From: Candidatus Shapirobacteria bacterium
GTDB taxonomy: Bacteria > Patescibacteriota > Microgenomatia > UBA12405
NCBI GenBank assembly: GCA_037142555.1
Contig: JBAXAJ010000001.1
Coordinates: 104,423 to 168,422, forward strand
DNA: 64,000 nt
Direction: 5' to 3'
In this document: positions 39,634 through 49,671 of the stretch, piece by piece
How the letters are laid out: the number at the start of each line of letters is the position of its first letter
How positions within the stretch are numbered: the first letter of the stretch is position 1
Notes under the pieces: model-generated
Databases searched by the model: none
The model's input: the letters and a program-made list of their open reading frames with translations, nothing else
Told to the model about the DNA's origin: nothing
Position numbers and translations under genes: made by a program

Positions 39634-40350
39634 ATGGAAGGTGAAATAATTGAAAATTTTGAACCTAAAAACACTAGAGACACTATTATAGATAGACAGA
39701 AAGAATTTGTCTCTTCAGTTAAAGAAGAGTCTAAAAATTTACCAGCAATTATTGAACATACAAATGATTCAGAAGCAGTCAAAGTCAAACAGCTAGAAGA
39801 TGGAAGATATCTCTACGAAGTATCAGATAAAGACAATGATAAACTAAAATCATTTTTTATTAGTGATGACTTATTCAATCAGTTTCCTGAAGATTCAGAT
39901 CTTGATTGTAGTAGTTTTTTACGTAAAAAACTAACAGGCCCAATTATTGAATATAATGCTAAAAAAGATGATGGCACTGAAGAAATCCTCTACACCATCA
40001 AAAGTCGCGAAACTGATAAATATAAAGTTTTACAAGAAATGACTGGCCAAACTTATGATTATCTACCGACAGTCTTATTTTCTGCTAATTTAACAAGAGG
40101 GATTGTCCATGTCCCATGGTTAATCGATTTAAAACCAGAAGGAATTATAAAAATAGGTTTAAACCAGATTAATAAAGATGGCACTCTCAGAAAAGCAAAA
40201 GAAGAATGGTCATATATTTCTTATACCCCAACTGAAGAGGAGTTTGAAGAAATGGACAGAGAAAGAGAGGATAGATTTAATAAAGCCAAAGTTTATTTAA
40301 GCAACGTCGTACCAAACCTCCCTTTACTCGAAAACCCTAAAAATAATTAA
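39634..40350 (+). CDS. Hypothetical acidic protein
   Basis: 238-aa ORF; TTGCAT-N17-TAGAAT ends 5 nt before the ATG. Confidence 0.65.
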   Translation: MEGEIIENFEPKNTRDTIIDRQKEFVSSVKEESKNLPAIIEHTNDSEAVKVKQLEDGRYLYEVSDKDNDKLKSFFISDDLFNQFPEDSDLDCSSFLRKKLTGPIIEYNAKKDDGTEEILYTIKSRETDKYKVLQEMTGQTYDYLPTVLFSANLTRGIVHVPWLIDLKPEGIIKIGLNQINKDGTLRKAKEEWSYISYTPTEEEFEEMDREREDRFNKAKVYLSNVVPNLPLLENPKNN

Positions 40351-40352
40351 TC

Positions 40353-40368
40353 TTCGGCTTTTATTCGG
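40353..40368 (+). promoter_or_regulatory. Candidate LexA (SOS) box upstream of recA
   Basis: Direct repeat TTCGG-N6-TTCGG just upstream of a TTGACT -35 element. Confidence 0.55.
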
Positions 40369-40437
40369 TTTTGCCCCTTGACTTGATATATTTCTTTTTG
40401 ATATCACTATAGATGTAAAGTTAATTTTAAAAAAAAT

Positions 40438-41493
40438 ATGAAAAAAACAACTATAAAAACAAAATCAGTCGCTAGTAACAACATCCAAGACAAAAAAATG
40501 GAGTCTGTCCGTTTAGCCATGGAACAAATCACAAAAAATTATGGAACCGGATCCATCATGTTAATGGGTGAAAAGAAAGCCGACATGTCAATTGAAGTCA
40601 TTCCTACTGGTTGTCTTCCTCTCGACATTGCTCTTGGTGTTGGTGGTCTTCCTCGAGGCCGAGTCACTGAAATTTTTGGACCAGAAGCTTCTGGTAAAAC
40701 CACTGTTTGTCTTCATCTAATTGCTGAAGCTCAAAAACTTGGTGGAACCGCTGCTTTCATCGATGTTGAACATGCTCTCGATCCTACCAGAGCAGCCACT
40801 GTTGGTGTAGATCTAGACAGTCTTTTAATTTCTCAACCAGACAATGGTGAACAAGCCCTAGAAATCGTTGAAACTCTAGTTCGTTCCAATGCTGTTGATG
40901 TAATCGTCATCGATTCCGTTGCTGCTCTAGTTCCAAAAGCCGAAATTGAAGGTGAAATGGGTGATTCAATGATGGGTGTTCAAGCTCGTCTAATGTCTCA
41001 AGCTCTAAGAAAACTCACTGGTGCTATTTCTAAATCAAAATGTGTTGTTATTTTTACCAATCAACTTCGTCAAAAAATTGGTGTTATGTTCGGCAATCCA
41101 GAAACAACTCCAGGCGGTGTTGCTCTAAAATTCTATTCTTCAGTCAGAATCGACTTAAGAAAAATTGCCAACATCAAAACTCCAGCTGGTGAAACCATTG
41201 GTTCCCAACATCGAGCCAGAATAGTCAAAAATAAAATTGCCCCACCTTTCAAAGAAGCTGAATTTGACATGATGAGTACCGAGGGTATATCTATCAATGG
41301 TGGAATAGTCGACCTAGGTGTCCAACATGGCCTAATCACAAAAGCTGGTGCTTTCTTCAAAATTGGAGATCAAAATCTTCAAGGTCGTGAAGCAGCCAAG
41401 AAATATCTTAAAGAAAACCCAAAAATTGCTGAAAAACTCAAAGCTGAAGTTTGGGAAAAGGTCAAAGATGCAAATCCTGTGGACAAAAAATAG
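40438..41493 (+). CDS. recA: Recombinase RecA
   Basis: [43 protein letters not shown]. Confidence 0.99.
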   Translation: MKKTTIKTKSVASNNIQDKKMESVRLAMEQITKNYGTGSIMLMGEKKADMSIEVIPTGCLPLDIALGVGGLPRGRVTEIFGPEASGKTTVCLHLIAEAQKLGGTAAFIDVEHALDPTRAATVGVDLDSLLISQPDNGEQALEIVETLVRSNAVDVIVIDSVAALVPKAEIEGEMGDSMMGVQARLMSQALRKLTGAISKSKCVVIFTNQLRQKIGVMFGNPETTPGGVALKFYSSVRIDLRKIANIKTPAGETIGSQHRARIVKNKIAPPFKEAEFDMMSTEGISINGGIVDLGVQHGLITKAGAFFKIGDQNLQGREAAKKYLKENPKIAEKLKAEVWEKVKDANPVDKK

Positions 41494-42106
41494 TCGTTTT
41501 CCAAACAGAATCTATATCAAGTTTTCTGATGGTCTTTTATTGCCATTATTTATCGATGATTTAGTTAAATTATCCCTAAATTCTGGCAAAGAAGTTAGTG
41601 AAGACGAATTAAATATCATTATAAATTTATCTCTATCTTATCTTTTAAGAGATTATGCTCTTCGTCAAATTGCTCTTTCTCCTAGAAGTGAAAAGTCTCT
41701 AAGTCAAAAACTTAAAAAATACATCGATGGCCGAATCTATAAATATTCTATTCCTCAAAATAATCTAGATTTAAAAGATTTAACTGATCAGTGTGTTACT
41801 AAACTTAAAAGCCAAAAATTGATCAGAGATTCAGAATATATCGATTTTTTCATCAAAAAATATCATAACAAATCAAAAAAAGAGATAATTTATCTTCTCC
41901 AAAAAGAAGGTCTTAAAATAGACATTTCTCAATTAAAAGCTTCTGACATTGATAAAATAAAAAAATTAATTCAAAAAAAGAAGATAAATTCAGAAAAATT
42001 AGCTGATTTTAAGTATAAAAATAAAATTATGTCTTATCTATACCAAAAAGGATTTTCTATAGATGACATCAAAAATGTGATTGACGGATTGATGATTTCC
42101 AGTTAA
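41468..42106 (+). CDS. recX: RecX-like regulator
   Basis: Overlaps the recA end; [23 protein letters not shown]. Confidence 0.75.
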   Translation: MQILWTKNSRFPNRIYIKFSDGLLLPLFIDDLVKLSLNSGKEVSEDELNIIINLSLSYLLRDYALRQIALSPRSEKSLSQKLKKYIDGRIYKYSIPQNNLDLKDLTDQCVTKLKSQKLIRDSEYIDFFIKKYHNKSKKEIIYLLQKEGLKIDISQLKASDIDKIKKLIQKKKINSEKLADFKYKNKIMSYLYQKGFSIDDIKNVIDGLMISS

Positions 42107-42109
42107 AAT
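42081..42109 (+). promoter_or_regulatory. Probable rny promoter
   Basis: TTGACG-N17-TAAAAT. Confidence 0.6.
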
Positions 42110-42263
42110 ATAGGCAACTTAAATTAAAATATTAATTATTAAATTTAACTTTTTATATACGCACTCAAATGTTATTCAAATTTAAAAGATTATTAGCGCC
42201 TGTTTCTCATTTCTAATATCTTAGTGTAGCCGTGCTGTGTCGTAAAAAGTGAAGGAGTTCTTT

Positions 42264-43835
42264 ATGTTAGATAATTTTTTGTCCAGAGTTAAAGGTTTAT
42301 TTTCTGAAAAAACCTCAACTAAAACAGTCACTAAGAAAAATAGTGCAGTTAAAAAAGAAGTAAAAAAAGAAGAAGTCGTTAATCAAGATAAAAATAGGGT
42401 TGTCTTCTCACCAACCAAAACAGTTGAAGCAACTCCTGTTGCCCCAGCTCCAGTTGTTAACACAGCTCAAATTGATGCTGCCTTGCAAAATGCTAAAAGG
42501 ATAGAAGCTGATGCCAAAGCTAAAGAAACTGAAATTTTTCAACGTCTCTCTTCTCTGAATGATAAAGAGAAATACATGATTGAAAAAGAAAGATCTCTAG
42601 ACACTCAATCTGCCGAAATCAAAGCAAAAATGAATAGTGTTGAAGATCTCTATAAAAAACAATTAGAAAAATTAGAAAACATTTCTGGTCTTGATATTGA
42701 AAAAGCTAAACAATTAATAATTAGCAGCACTGAAAAGAAAATGGTCAGTTGGATTGCTAAAAAAGTTGAAGATGCTAAGGAAGAAATCAGAAACAAAGGT
42801 GATGAATTAGCCAAAGAAATTTTGATTGATAATATTCGTCATGGAGTCACTGATTATGTTGCTGAATACACTGTTTCCACTATTTCTCTTCCAGATGACA
42901 CCATCAAAGGAAAAATCATTGGTCGAGAAGGTCGAAACATTCGTGCTTTTGAAAAAGCTACTGGTGTTGAACTAGAGCTAGACGAATCTAACGATATCCG
43001 CATTTCTTCTTTTGATTCAACTAGAAGAGAAATCGCTAAACTATCTCTCGAAAAGTTGATCAAAGATGGTCGAATTCAACCTCTTAAGATTGAACAAATT
43101 GTGGCTCAAACTAAAAACGAAATGGAAAAGATTTTAATAAATGAAGGTCGAAAAATCTGCCAAGAAGTTGGAGTCTTTAATTTACCACTCGATTTAATGA
43201 GAGAAATTGGTAAATTTAAATTCCGCTACTCTTATGGTCAAAATTTAGCTAAACACACCATCGAAGCTACTAAAATTGCCACCGCCATTGCCTATGAGTT
43301 AAAAGCTGATGTCAACACTGTTCGGCTTGGAGCTTTATTACACGATATTGGTAAGGTAGTCACCGATCAAGAGGGGACTCACATTGATCTTGGTGTTGAT
43401 TTATTAAGACAATTCAAAGTCACTGAAGCCGTCATCAATTGTGTCGCTGAACACCATGAAGATAAAGAATTTTCTTCACTAGAATCAACCATTGTTTACA
43501 TTGGGGATGCCGCTTCTGGTGCTCGTCCTGGTGCTCGATATGAAGTCCATGAAGAATATCTTAAAAGAATGAAAAACATCGAAGAAGTTGCTAAAAACTT
43601 TCCTGGTGTTCTAAGTGTCGCCGCCTATCAAGCTGGACGTGAAGTTGTAGTTATTGTCGAACCTACAATAGTTTCTGACAATGAAGCTGAAGTTCTAAGC
43701 CAAAATATCGCTCAACATCTAGAAGAAGAAGCTAAATGGGCCGGTCAAATAAAAGTTACTGTTATTAGAGAGTTAAGAACTAGCAGTATTATTGTTGGTA
43801 ATAAAATCAATAATAATGCGGTAAAAAATGACTAA
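42264..43835 (+). CDS. rny: Ribonuclease Y
   Basis: KH domain KGKIIGREGRNIRAFE, HD motif LLHDIGK, SGARPGAR, QAGREV; SD AAGGAG before the ATG at 42264. Confidence 0.96.
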   Translation: MLDNFLSRVKGLFSEKTSTKTVTKKNSAVKKEVKKEEVVNQDKNRVVFSPTKTVEATPVAPAPVVNTAQIDAALQNAKRIEADAKAKETEIFQRLSSLNDKEKYMIEKERSLDTQSAEIKAKMNSVEDLYKKQLEKLENISGLDIEKAKQLIISSTEKKMVSWIAKKVEDAKEEIRNKGDELAKEILIDNIRHGVTDYVAEYTVSTISLPDDTIKGKIIGREGRNIRAFEKATGVELELDESNDIRISSFDSTRREIAKLSLEKLIKDGRIQPLKIEQIVAQTKNEMEKILINEGRKICQEVGVFNLPLDLMREIGKFKFRYSYGQNLAKHTIEATKIATAIAYELKADVNTVRLGALLHDIGKVVTDQEGTHIDLGVDLLRQFKVTEAVINCVAEHHEDKEFSSLESTIVYIGDAASGARPGARYEVHEEYLKRMKNIEEVAKNFPGVLSVAAYQAGREVVVIVEPTIVSDNEAEVLSQNIAQHLEEEAKWAGQIKVTVIRELRTSSIIVGNKINNNAVKND

Positions 43836-43902
43836 CAATACTTGCATTTTGCCGATATTCCGCTATTATTAAAATAATTATTAATTAATTAACAAAAAAA
43901 TA

Positions 43903-44175
43903 ATGACTAAAAAAGACTTAATCGAAATCGTTTCGCAAAAAGCAAAACTCAGCAAAAAAGCTGCTAAGCAATCTGTTGAAACTTTCTTAAATGAAATTAT
44001 GAAAGCACTCTCTGGTGGAGAAGTTGTTAAGCTTTCAGGTTTTGGAACTTTCAAAACCAAAATGTTCAAAGCTAAAACTATCAAAGCTATTGGAACTAAA
44101 GAATCTAAAAAAATCGTCGCTCGAAGAATGCCTCGATACATTCCAGGAACCAAGATCAAGAAAATGGTAAAGTAA
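43903..44175 (+). CDS. hup: HU family DNA-binding protein
   Basis: MTKKDLIE, VKLSGFGTF. Confidence 0.9.
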   Translation: MTKKDLIEIVSQKAKLSKKAAKQSVETFLNEIMKALSGGEVVKLSGFGTFKTKMFKAKTIKAIGTKESKKIVARRMPRYIPGTKIKKMVK

Positions 44176-44192
44176 TTTTTTTGAAATTAATT

Positions 44193-44220
44193 AAGCCCTC
44201 CGAATCTCGGGGGGCTTTTT
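44193..44220 (+). terminator. Intrinsic terminator
   Basis: AAGCCCTCCGA-ATC-TCGGGGGGCTT followed by a T-run. Confidence 0.85.
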
Positions 44221-44281
44221 GTTACCTTGCGATTAACCTAAAAAACCTTTATAAATATATACAGTATGTATTTTATTTATT

Positions 44282-47200
44282 TTGTCTAAAAATTTGATCA
44301 AGTTTAGGTTCAAATTACCAATAAAGAAAAAAGTTTCAGACTATTTTTTTGCGCCTCGTTTTTACTTCTCCAGATTTCAGTTTAATTTAATCGCTGTTTT
44401 ATTCATCAGCATCGGTCTTGCCACTGGGACTTATTTAACCATGTCCAAAGTGATTTTACCTTCAATCTTCGCTGTGTCTCAAACTTCCAACACCCTAAAT
44501 TTTGATGTCGGCAGTTCTGGTAATTATAATTATGACACCTCCTCAGTCACTATTGGTGCCAGTGGTGTCCAACCAATAGCAACCAACAAATTTTCTAATT
44601 CTAGTTTCGCCACTAATAGTGTTGGTTGGACTTCAGATATCATAGTTCCAAATGGTTATGTCAAAGTTCCTGGAAATTCAACTTTTAGTACTACTGATTT
44701 TGCTGTTATGAAATATGAAGCTAAATGTGCTTCCACAAGTGACCCTGCTACTGGTTTAACAAGTCCTACTTTTATACCATTTTATACTTATAAAAATAAT
44801 GTAGATGATTGTATTTCAGCTAATAATAAGCAAGTAGTTTCAGTAGCTAATGGATATCCAATTGCCTTAATTACTCAGCCTGATGCAATCACCAAATGTG
44901 CCAGTGTTTCTGTTTCCGGTGCCACTGCTCATTTAATTAATAATAATGAATGGATGACTATTGCCAGAAATGCTGAAGCTCAAAACACCAATTGGTCTCT
45001 AGGCGCTGTTGGTTCTGGTTATTTATATGCCGGTAATAATAACATTGATACAAGTTACTCTCATTATATTTACAATGCATCGACTAATGATACAGGTAAT
45101 TATCGTTGTGCTTACACTAACACTGGTTCTTCAGACAATCCATCTCCTTGTCCTTATAACACAGCTCAAAATACTTCTGGAACTAGGGGAAGTCAAGTCA
45201 GAGTTTTAAAATTATCAAATAATGAATCAATTTGGGATATGGCGGGAAATGTTGGAGAGTGGATTAATAATACTCAAACAGGCACAACTATAGGCCCTAG
45301 TAGTATTTTAGAGTGGAATTCTTCTAGCCTTGCTTCTGGAGCTAGAGATCTTTATGGGCCATCAAGCTCTTCATATCTTAAAGCCCAGGGAATGGGGTCT
45401 TTCACTGGTGGTGCTTTGGGTAATGTTTTTATGCGTGGAGGTATTTATCTTGACTCTTTAGATGCTGGTATTTATAGTTTAAGTTTAAGTTCTAGTTCTT
45501 CTTATTTATATCCTGGAATTGGTTTTCGTTGTGCCATTTCTGGTAATGTTTTATCACAAGTATCAAATGTTGGTTTAGGAGCAAGTGGAGCTGCAAAAAT
45601 TATTGCTAATCCTGGATCAGATTCTAAGATTTATCAGACAATGGCCAATCTTACTACCAATTCTACTTACGACTTTTCCGCCTATGTTTATAATAATACT
45701 GCTGGTGGTATTGGTGGCACAGTCAATGCTTCTATTGCTCAACTAGAATATAATGGAGTTGGAATTACTACTACCTACACTAATTCAGGTTCAGGTTGGT
45801 GGAAACTTTCCGCCACCGTCACTGCGGCCAGTGGCTCACAAGAATTTGGTCTTCTAACCAAAGCCGGCAAAACAGTCTTTTCTGATAATTTTAGTTTAAT
45901 TCCTATTATTTCTCCTATCTACACCACCACTTCTTTTTATAATCGTCAAATTATGGAATGGAGCTCTTTTAGTGCAGTTGGCACTACTTTTGCCACTTCT
46001 CCAATTACTTATCAACTTTGTTCAACCGATGCTTCTATTTGTGAAAGTAGTAATACTTGGCAATATTGGAATGTCTCCAGTTCCACTTGGTCCAACGCCA
46101 CCAATCTCACTATGACTAATACTGCCGGAGATATAAATACTCATATCAGCACTTTCCCTGTCACCAACAAAAAAATTGCTGTCAAAATCATTATGACTTA
46201 TGATGGCACCAATGTTCCAACTCTTAGTTCCATTAATTATGGTTTTAAAATTGATAATCTTGCTCCAGTGACTAATGCTTCAAGTGTAATAATGAATTCT
46301 TCAATCGGCTTAACTTGGGCTAACACAAATCCATCTTTTACTTGGACAGCTGCCACAGATGATGATCCAAGTGCTTCAGGAATAAAGGGCTACTGTCTAT
46401 CTTTATCCACTACCACCGGTGGTGTCGATCCAGTTTCTTCAAAAGGCAAACTAGGCACTTCTCCAGTCCCTATTTCTGATAATATTTGTCAATTTATTGT
46501 TCCTTCAAATTCTCTAAATTTAAATACCGCTGGCTATTTAGCCTCGGCATTACTTGATTCTGAAGAAACTTATTATTTAAACATTAAAGCTATTGATAAT
46601 GTAAACAATGTTTTCCCTACTTCAACTTATTTTGAGTTCAAATATGACTCTACTAAACCTAGAAATGTCTCTTATATTTCTCCAGCTTCTGGCAATTTTT
46701 CCAATGTCGTTGATATGAGTTTTTCTTGGCCAATCAGTGTTGGTAGTAGTGTATCTTCATCAGATAGTGGCAGTGGAATTTTGGGTTGGCAATACCAAAT
46801 AAATACTAATGATGCTGATAAATGGCAAGGAAGCACTACGGCTCCAGAATTAGGTGGCCTAAAATATATTCCTAGTGGCACTTCTAGTTATAGCCTAGTT
46901 GAAGGTAAAGATGCTATTGTTTCCGGAAACAATGTTATTTACTTCAGAACTGTCGATAAAGCCGGCAATTTTTCTACCGATGCTACTATTCGCACTGGTA
47001 ATATTGCTTTTGGTGGTGCGGCTCCTGCTTTCAACCAAAATAATAGTGTCACTATCAATCCTAATACTTCTACAACTAATTCTTTTGCTCTGTCTTGGCC
47101 AAGTGCCACTGCTACTAATGGTCAAAGTGTCACTAATTATTACTATATGTTAAACACTCCACCACCATCAACTTTAGCCACTCTACAGGGTAATATTTCA

Positions 47201-48904
47201 ACCTATATCAACAATGGCACTGCAACCACAGTTGCTGTCAAAAGTCTTCCAAATGTCAACAAAGGTACTAATACTGTCTATGTTGTTGCAGTCGATAGTG
47301 CCAACAATTATTCACCATCAAATTACACTAGTGGTACTTTTGTTCTAGATTCCAATACTCCCGACAATGTCAGCAATTTAGTTTCTTCTGATTCTTCAAT
47401 CAAATCTCAATCTCAATGGAATATTACTCTTACTTGGACCGCTCCAATCTATCAAGGTGCTGGCAATTTAATTTATCAAGTCTATCGATCAACCGATGGT
47501 GTTAATTTTGCTCAAGTTGGTTCTTCTACTGGCCTTTCCTATGTCGATAATACTCCAGCTTCAAGCAAATATTATTACAAAGTCTATACCAAAGATGGTG
47601 CCAATGCGGTCTCTTCTGGTACTAATGCTGTTTCTATTACTCCAACTGGTAAATGGACTACTTCTCCAATTATTGATTCCCAACCAACTACTTCTTCAGT
47701 AACTACCAAAAAAGCTACTGTCAATTGGTCTACTGACCGAAAAGCCGATTCTAAAATTGCTTTTGGAACTAAATCTGGCAGTTATAATACCGAAGAACCA
47801 AGTAATCCAACTCAAGTTTCCAGTCATTCCATTAATCTTACCGGTCTTTCTCCAGGAACCACTTATTATTATCGGGCCAAGTGGACAGATGAAGACGGAA
47901 ACACAGGAACCAGTGATGAAAAATCTTTCACCACTGCCGCTGCTCCAACAGTTAAAGATGTTTTAGTCAAAAATGTTAATCTAAGTTCAGCTTTAGTCCA
48001 GTTCACTTCAACTGGAGCTAGTAAAGTCAAGGTTTATTATGGCACCAGCACCGCTTTTGGCGGAGCCCTAGAAATTCATACTTCAACTTCTGAAGCTACT
48101 TATACAGTCAACTTAATTGGTTTACTCGATGGCACAAAATATTATTACAAAATAAATGCTTTTGACAGTGAATCTAGTGAATATGAAGGCACAGTTCTAG
48201 ATTTCACCACTATTCCAAGACCAAAAATTTCTAGCGTTCAACTCCAAGAAGTAGCTGGAACTTCTCAATCTACAATTTTAGTCACTTGGAACACTAACAC
48301 CGAAATTTCTTCAATTGTCACTTATTATCCAGAAGGTAAGCCAGAACAATCTCGAGATGAAGTCAGTATCCAATCAATCAAAGGCCAACACAAAATGATT
48401 CTTCGAGGCTTCACTCCTGAAACTAACTACATTTTAGTTGTTAAAGGTCGTGACAAAATTGGCAATGAAGCAGTTTCTGATAATCATCATTTCACCACTG
48501 CCACCGACACCAGACCACCACAAATTTCTAGTCTACTAGTTGAAGGTCAAAATGTTCCAACAGTTTCTGGTGCTGCTCAAGAATCAACAGCTCAATTAAT
48601 CGTTTCTTGGAACACTGATGAACCAGCCACTTCTCAAGTTGAATTTAGTGAGGGAACTGGTGCCACTTATTCTCAAAAAACTCAAGAAGATGCAAAACTT
48701 ACCTACAACCATCTAGTCATTATTTCTGGTCTAACAGCTTCAAAAGTCTATCACTTGAAAGCAATTTCCAGAGATAAAGCCAATAACACTGGTAAATCAA
48801 TTGACACTGTCACTATCACTCCAAAAGCCACTGATAATGCTCTAAACTTAGTTGTTTCCAATCTAGGCCAAGTATTTGGTTTCTTAGGAGGATTTAATAA
48901 ATAA
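44282..48904 (+). CDS. Large surface protein: N-terminal TM/signal, FGE-type C-type lectin domain, CBM-like domain, multiple FN3/Ig-like domains
   Basis: WDMAGNVGEW and RGG...IGFRC (FGE/CLec); HSINLTGLSPGTTYYYR, LDGTKYYYKI and LTASKVYH (FN3-like); Ser/Thr-rich; TTG start uncertain. Confidence 0.8.
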   Translation: MSKNLIKFRFKLPIKKKVSDYFFAPRFYFSRFQFNLIAVLFISIGLATGTYLTMSKVILPSIFAVSQTSNTLNFDVGSSGNYNYDTSSVTIGASGVQPIATNKFSNSSFATNSVGWTSDIIVPNGYVKVPGNSTFSTTDFAVMKYEAKCASTSDPATGLTSPTFIPFYTYKNNVDDCISANNKQVVSVANGYPIALITQPDAITKCASVSVSGATAHLINNNEWMTIARNAEAQNTNWSLGAVGSGYLYAGNNNIDTSYSHYIYNASTNDTGNYRCAYTNTGSSDNPSPCPYNTAQNTSGTRGSQVRVLKLSNNESIWDMAGNVGEWINNTQTGTTIGPSSILEWNSSSLASGARDLYGPSSSSYLKAQGMGSFTGGALGNVFMRGGIYLDSLDAGIYSLSLSSSSSYLYPGIGFRCAISGNVLSQVSNVGLGASGAAKIIANPGSDSKIYQTMANLTTNSTYDFSAYVYNNTAGGIGGTVNASIAQLEYNGVGITTTYTNSGSGWWKLSATVTAASGSQEFGLLTKAGKTVFSDNFSLIPIISPIYTTTSFYNRQIMEWSSFSAVGTTFATSPITYQLCSTDASICESSNTWQYWNVSSSTWSNATNLTMTNTAGDINTHISTFPVTNKKIAVKIIMTYDGTNVPTLSSINYGFKIDNLAPVTNASSVIMNSSIGLTWANTNPSFTWTAATDDDPSASGIKGYCLSLSTTTGGVDPVSSKGKLGTSPVPISDNICQFIVPSNSLNLNTAGYLASALLDSEETYYLNIKAIDNVNNVFPTSTYFEFKYDSTKPRNVSYISPASGNFSNVVDMSFSWPISVGSSVSSSDSGSGILGWQYQINTNDADKWQGSTTAPELGGLKYIPSGTSSYSLVEGKDAIVSGNNVIYFRTVDKAGNFSTDATIRTGNIAFGGAAPAFNQNNSVTINPNTSTTNSFALSWPSATATNGQSVTNYYYMLNTPPPSTLATLQGNISTYINNGTATTVAVKSLPNVNKGTNTVYVVAVDSANNYSPSNYTSGTFVLDSNTPDNVSNLVSSDSSIKSQSQWNITLTWTAPIYQGAGNLIYQVYRSTDGVNFAQVGSSTGLSYVDNTPASSKYYYKVYTKDGANAVSSGTNAVSITPTGKWTTSPIIDSQPTTSSVTTKKATVNWSTDRKADSKIAFGTKSGSYNTEEPSNPTQVSSHSINLTGLSPGTTYYYRAKWTDEDGNTGTSDEKSFTTAAAPTVKDVLVKNVNLSSALVQFTSTGASKVKVYYGTSTAFGGALEIHTSTSEATYTVNLIGLLDGTKYYYKINAFDSESSEYEGTVLDFTTIPRPKISSVQLQEVAGTSQSTILVTWNTNTEISSIVTYYPEGKPEQSRDEVSIQSIKGQHKMILRGFTPETNYILVVKGRDKIGNEAVSDNHHFTTATDTRPPQISSLLVEGQNVPTVSGAAQESTAQLIVSWNTDEPATSQVEFSEGTGATYSQKTQEDAKLTYNHLVIISGLTASKVYHLKAISRDKANNTGKSIDTVTITPKATDNALNLVVSNLGQVFGFLGGFNK

Positions 48905-48912
48905 TTAAAACT

Positions 48913-49671
48913 ATGATTGAATCAATTGTTCAAATTAAAAATATTTTTAAAACTTTTCGGGTTGGAACTCAAGATGTTCCAGTTCTAAAAGACATCAGTT
49001 TTAATGTAAAGAAAGGTGATTTCCTAGTTATCTACGGGCCATCAGGTTGTGGCAAATCGACTCTTCTCCACACTATTCTAGGTCTAGAAGCTCCAACCAA
49101 AGGTACTATTATTTTTCTAGGAAAAGATCTCTACAAAGATTCATATGGAGAAGACCGAATTGAAGACGATAGAACTGACTTCAGAAAAAATCATATTGGT
49201 ATGGTCTATCAACAGGCTAACTGGATTAAATCTCTAACCGTTCTCGAAAATATAATTTTCCCACTATCACTTTTAGGCATGGATAAATTAAAAAGAGAAG
49301 AAATGGCTAAAAATGCTCTTAAGACTATGGAAATGTTAGCTTGGGCAAATTATTCACCTTCAGAACTTTCCTCTGGTCAACAACAAAAAGTGGCTCTGGC
49401 TCGAGCTCTAGTCACCAATCCAGAAGTGATTATTGCTGATGAACCAACCGGAAATCTAGATTTCGAATCAGGCCAAGAATTGATGTCTCTTTTGACTGAT
49501 TTAAGTAATAATGAAGGTAAAACTATAATTATGGTTACTCACGATTTGGAATATTTGAAATATGCTAAAAGCACAGTCAGAATGCTCAATGGCCAAGTTG
49601 TCGAGTTAAACACTAGTCAAGAAACAATTAAAAAAATAAAATGTAAGAAAGTTGATCAAAATGAAAAATAA
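48913..49671 (+). CDS. ABC transporter ATP-binding protein (LolD/MacB family)
   Basis: GPSGCGKSTLL, LSSGQQQKVALARAL, ADEPTGNLD, MVTHD. Confidence 0.95.
   Translation: MIESIVQIKNIFKTFRVGTQDVPVLKDISFNVKKGDFLVIYGPSGCGKSTLLHTILGLEAPTKGTIIFLGKDLYKDSYGEDRIEDDRTDFRKNHIGMVYQQANWIKSLTVLENIIFPLSLLGMDKLKREEMAKNALKTMEMLAWANYSPSELSSGQQQKVALARALVTNPEVIIADEPTGNLDFESGQELMSLLTDLSNNEGKTIIMVTHDLEYLKYAKSTVRMLNGQVVELNTSQETIKKIKCKKVDQNEK

Noticed and set aside
37604-40350. Possible integrative island at tRNA-Pro
   Set aside because: No integrase and no duplicated tRNA 3' end were found by eye
41348-41467. Long N-terminal extensions given by the ORF track (recX; likewise rpoC, rpsD, rpsI, miaA, cca)
   Set aside because: They overlap upstream genes or promoters; downstream ATGs fit homolog starts better
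1-43835. Inteins or introns in rpoB, rpoC, recA or the tRNA
   Set aside because: Lengths are near normal and no splicing motifs or endonuclease domains were seen
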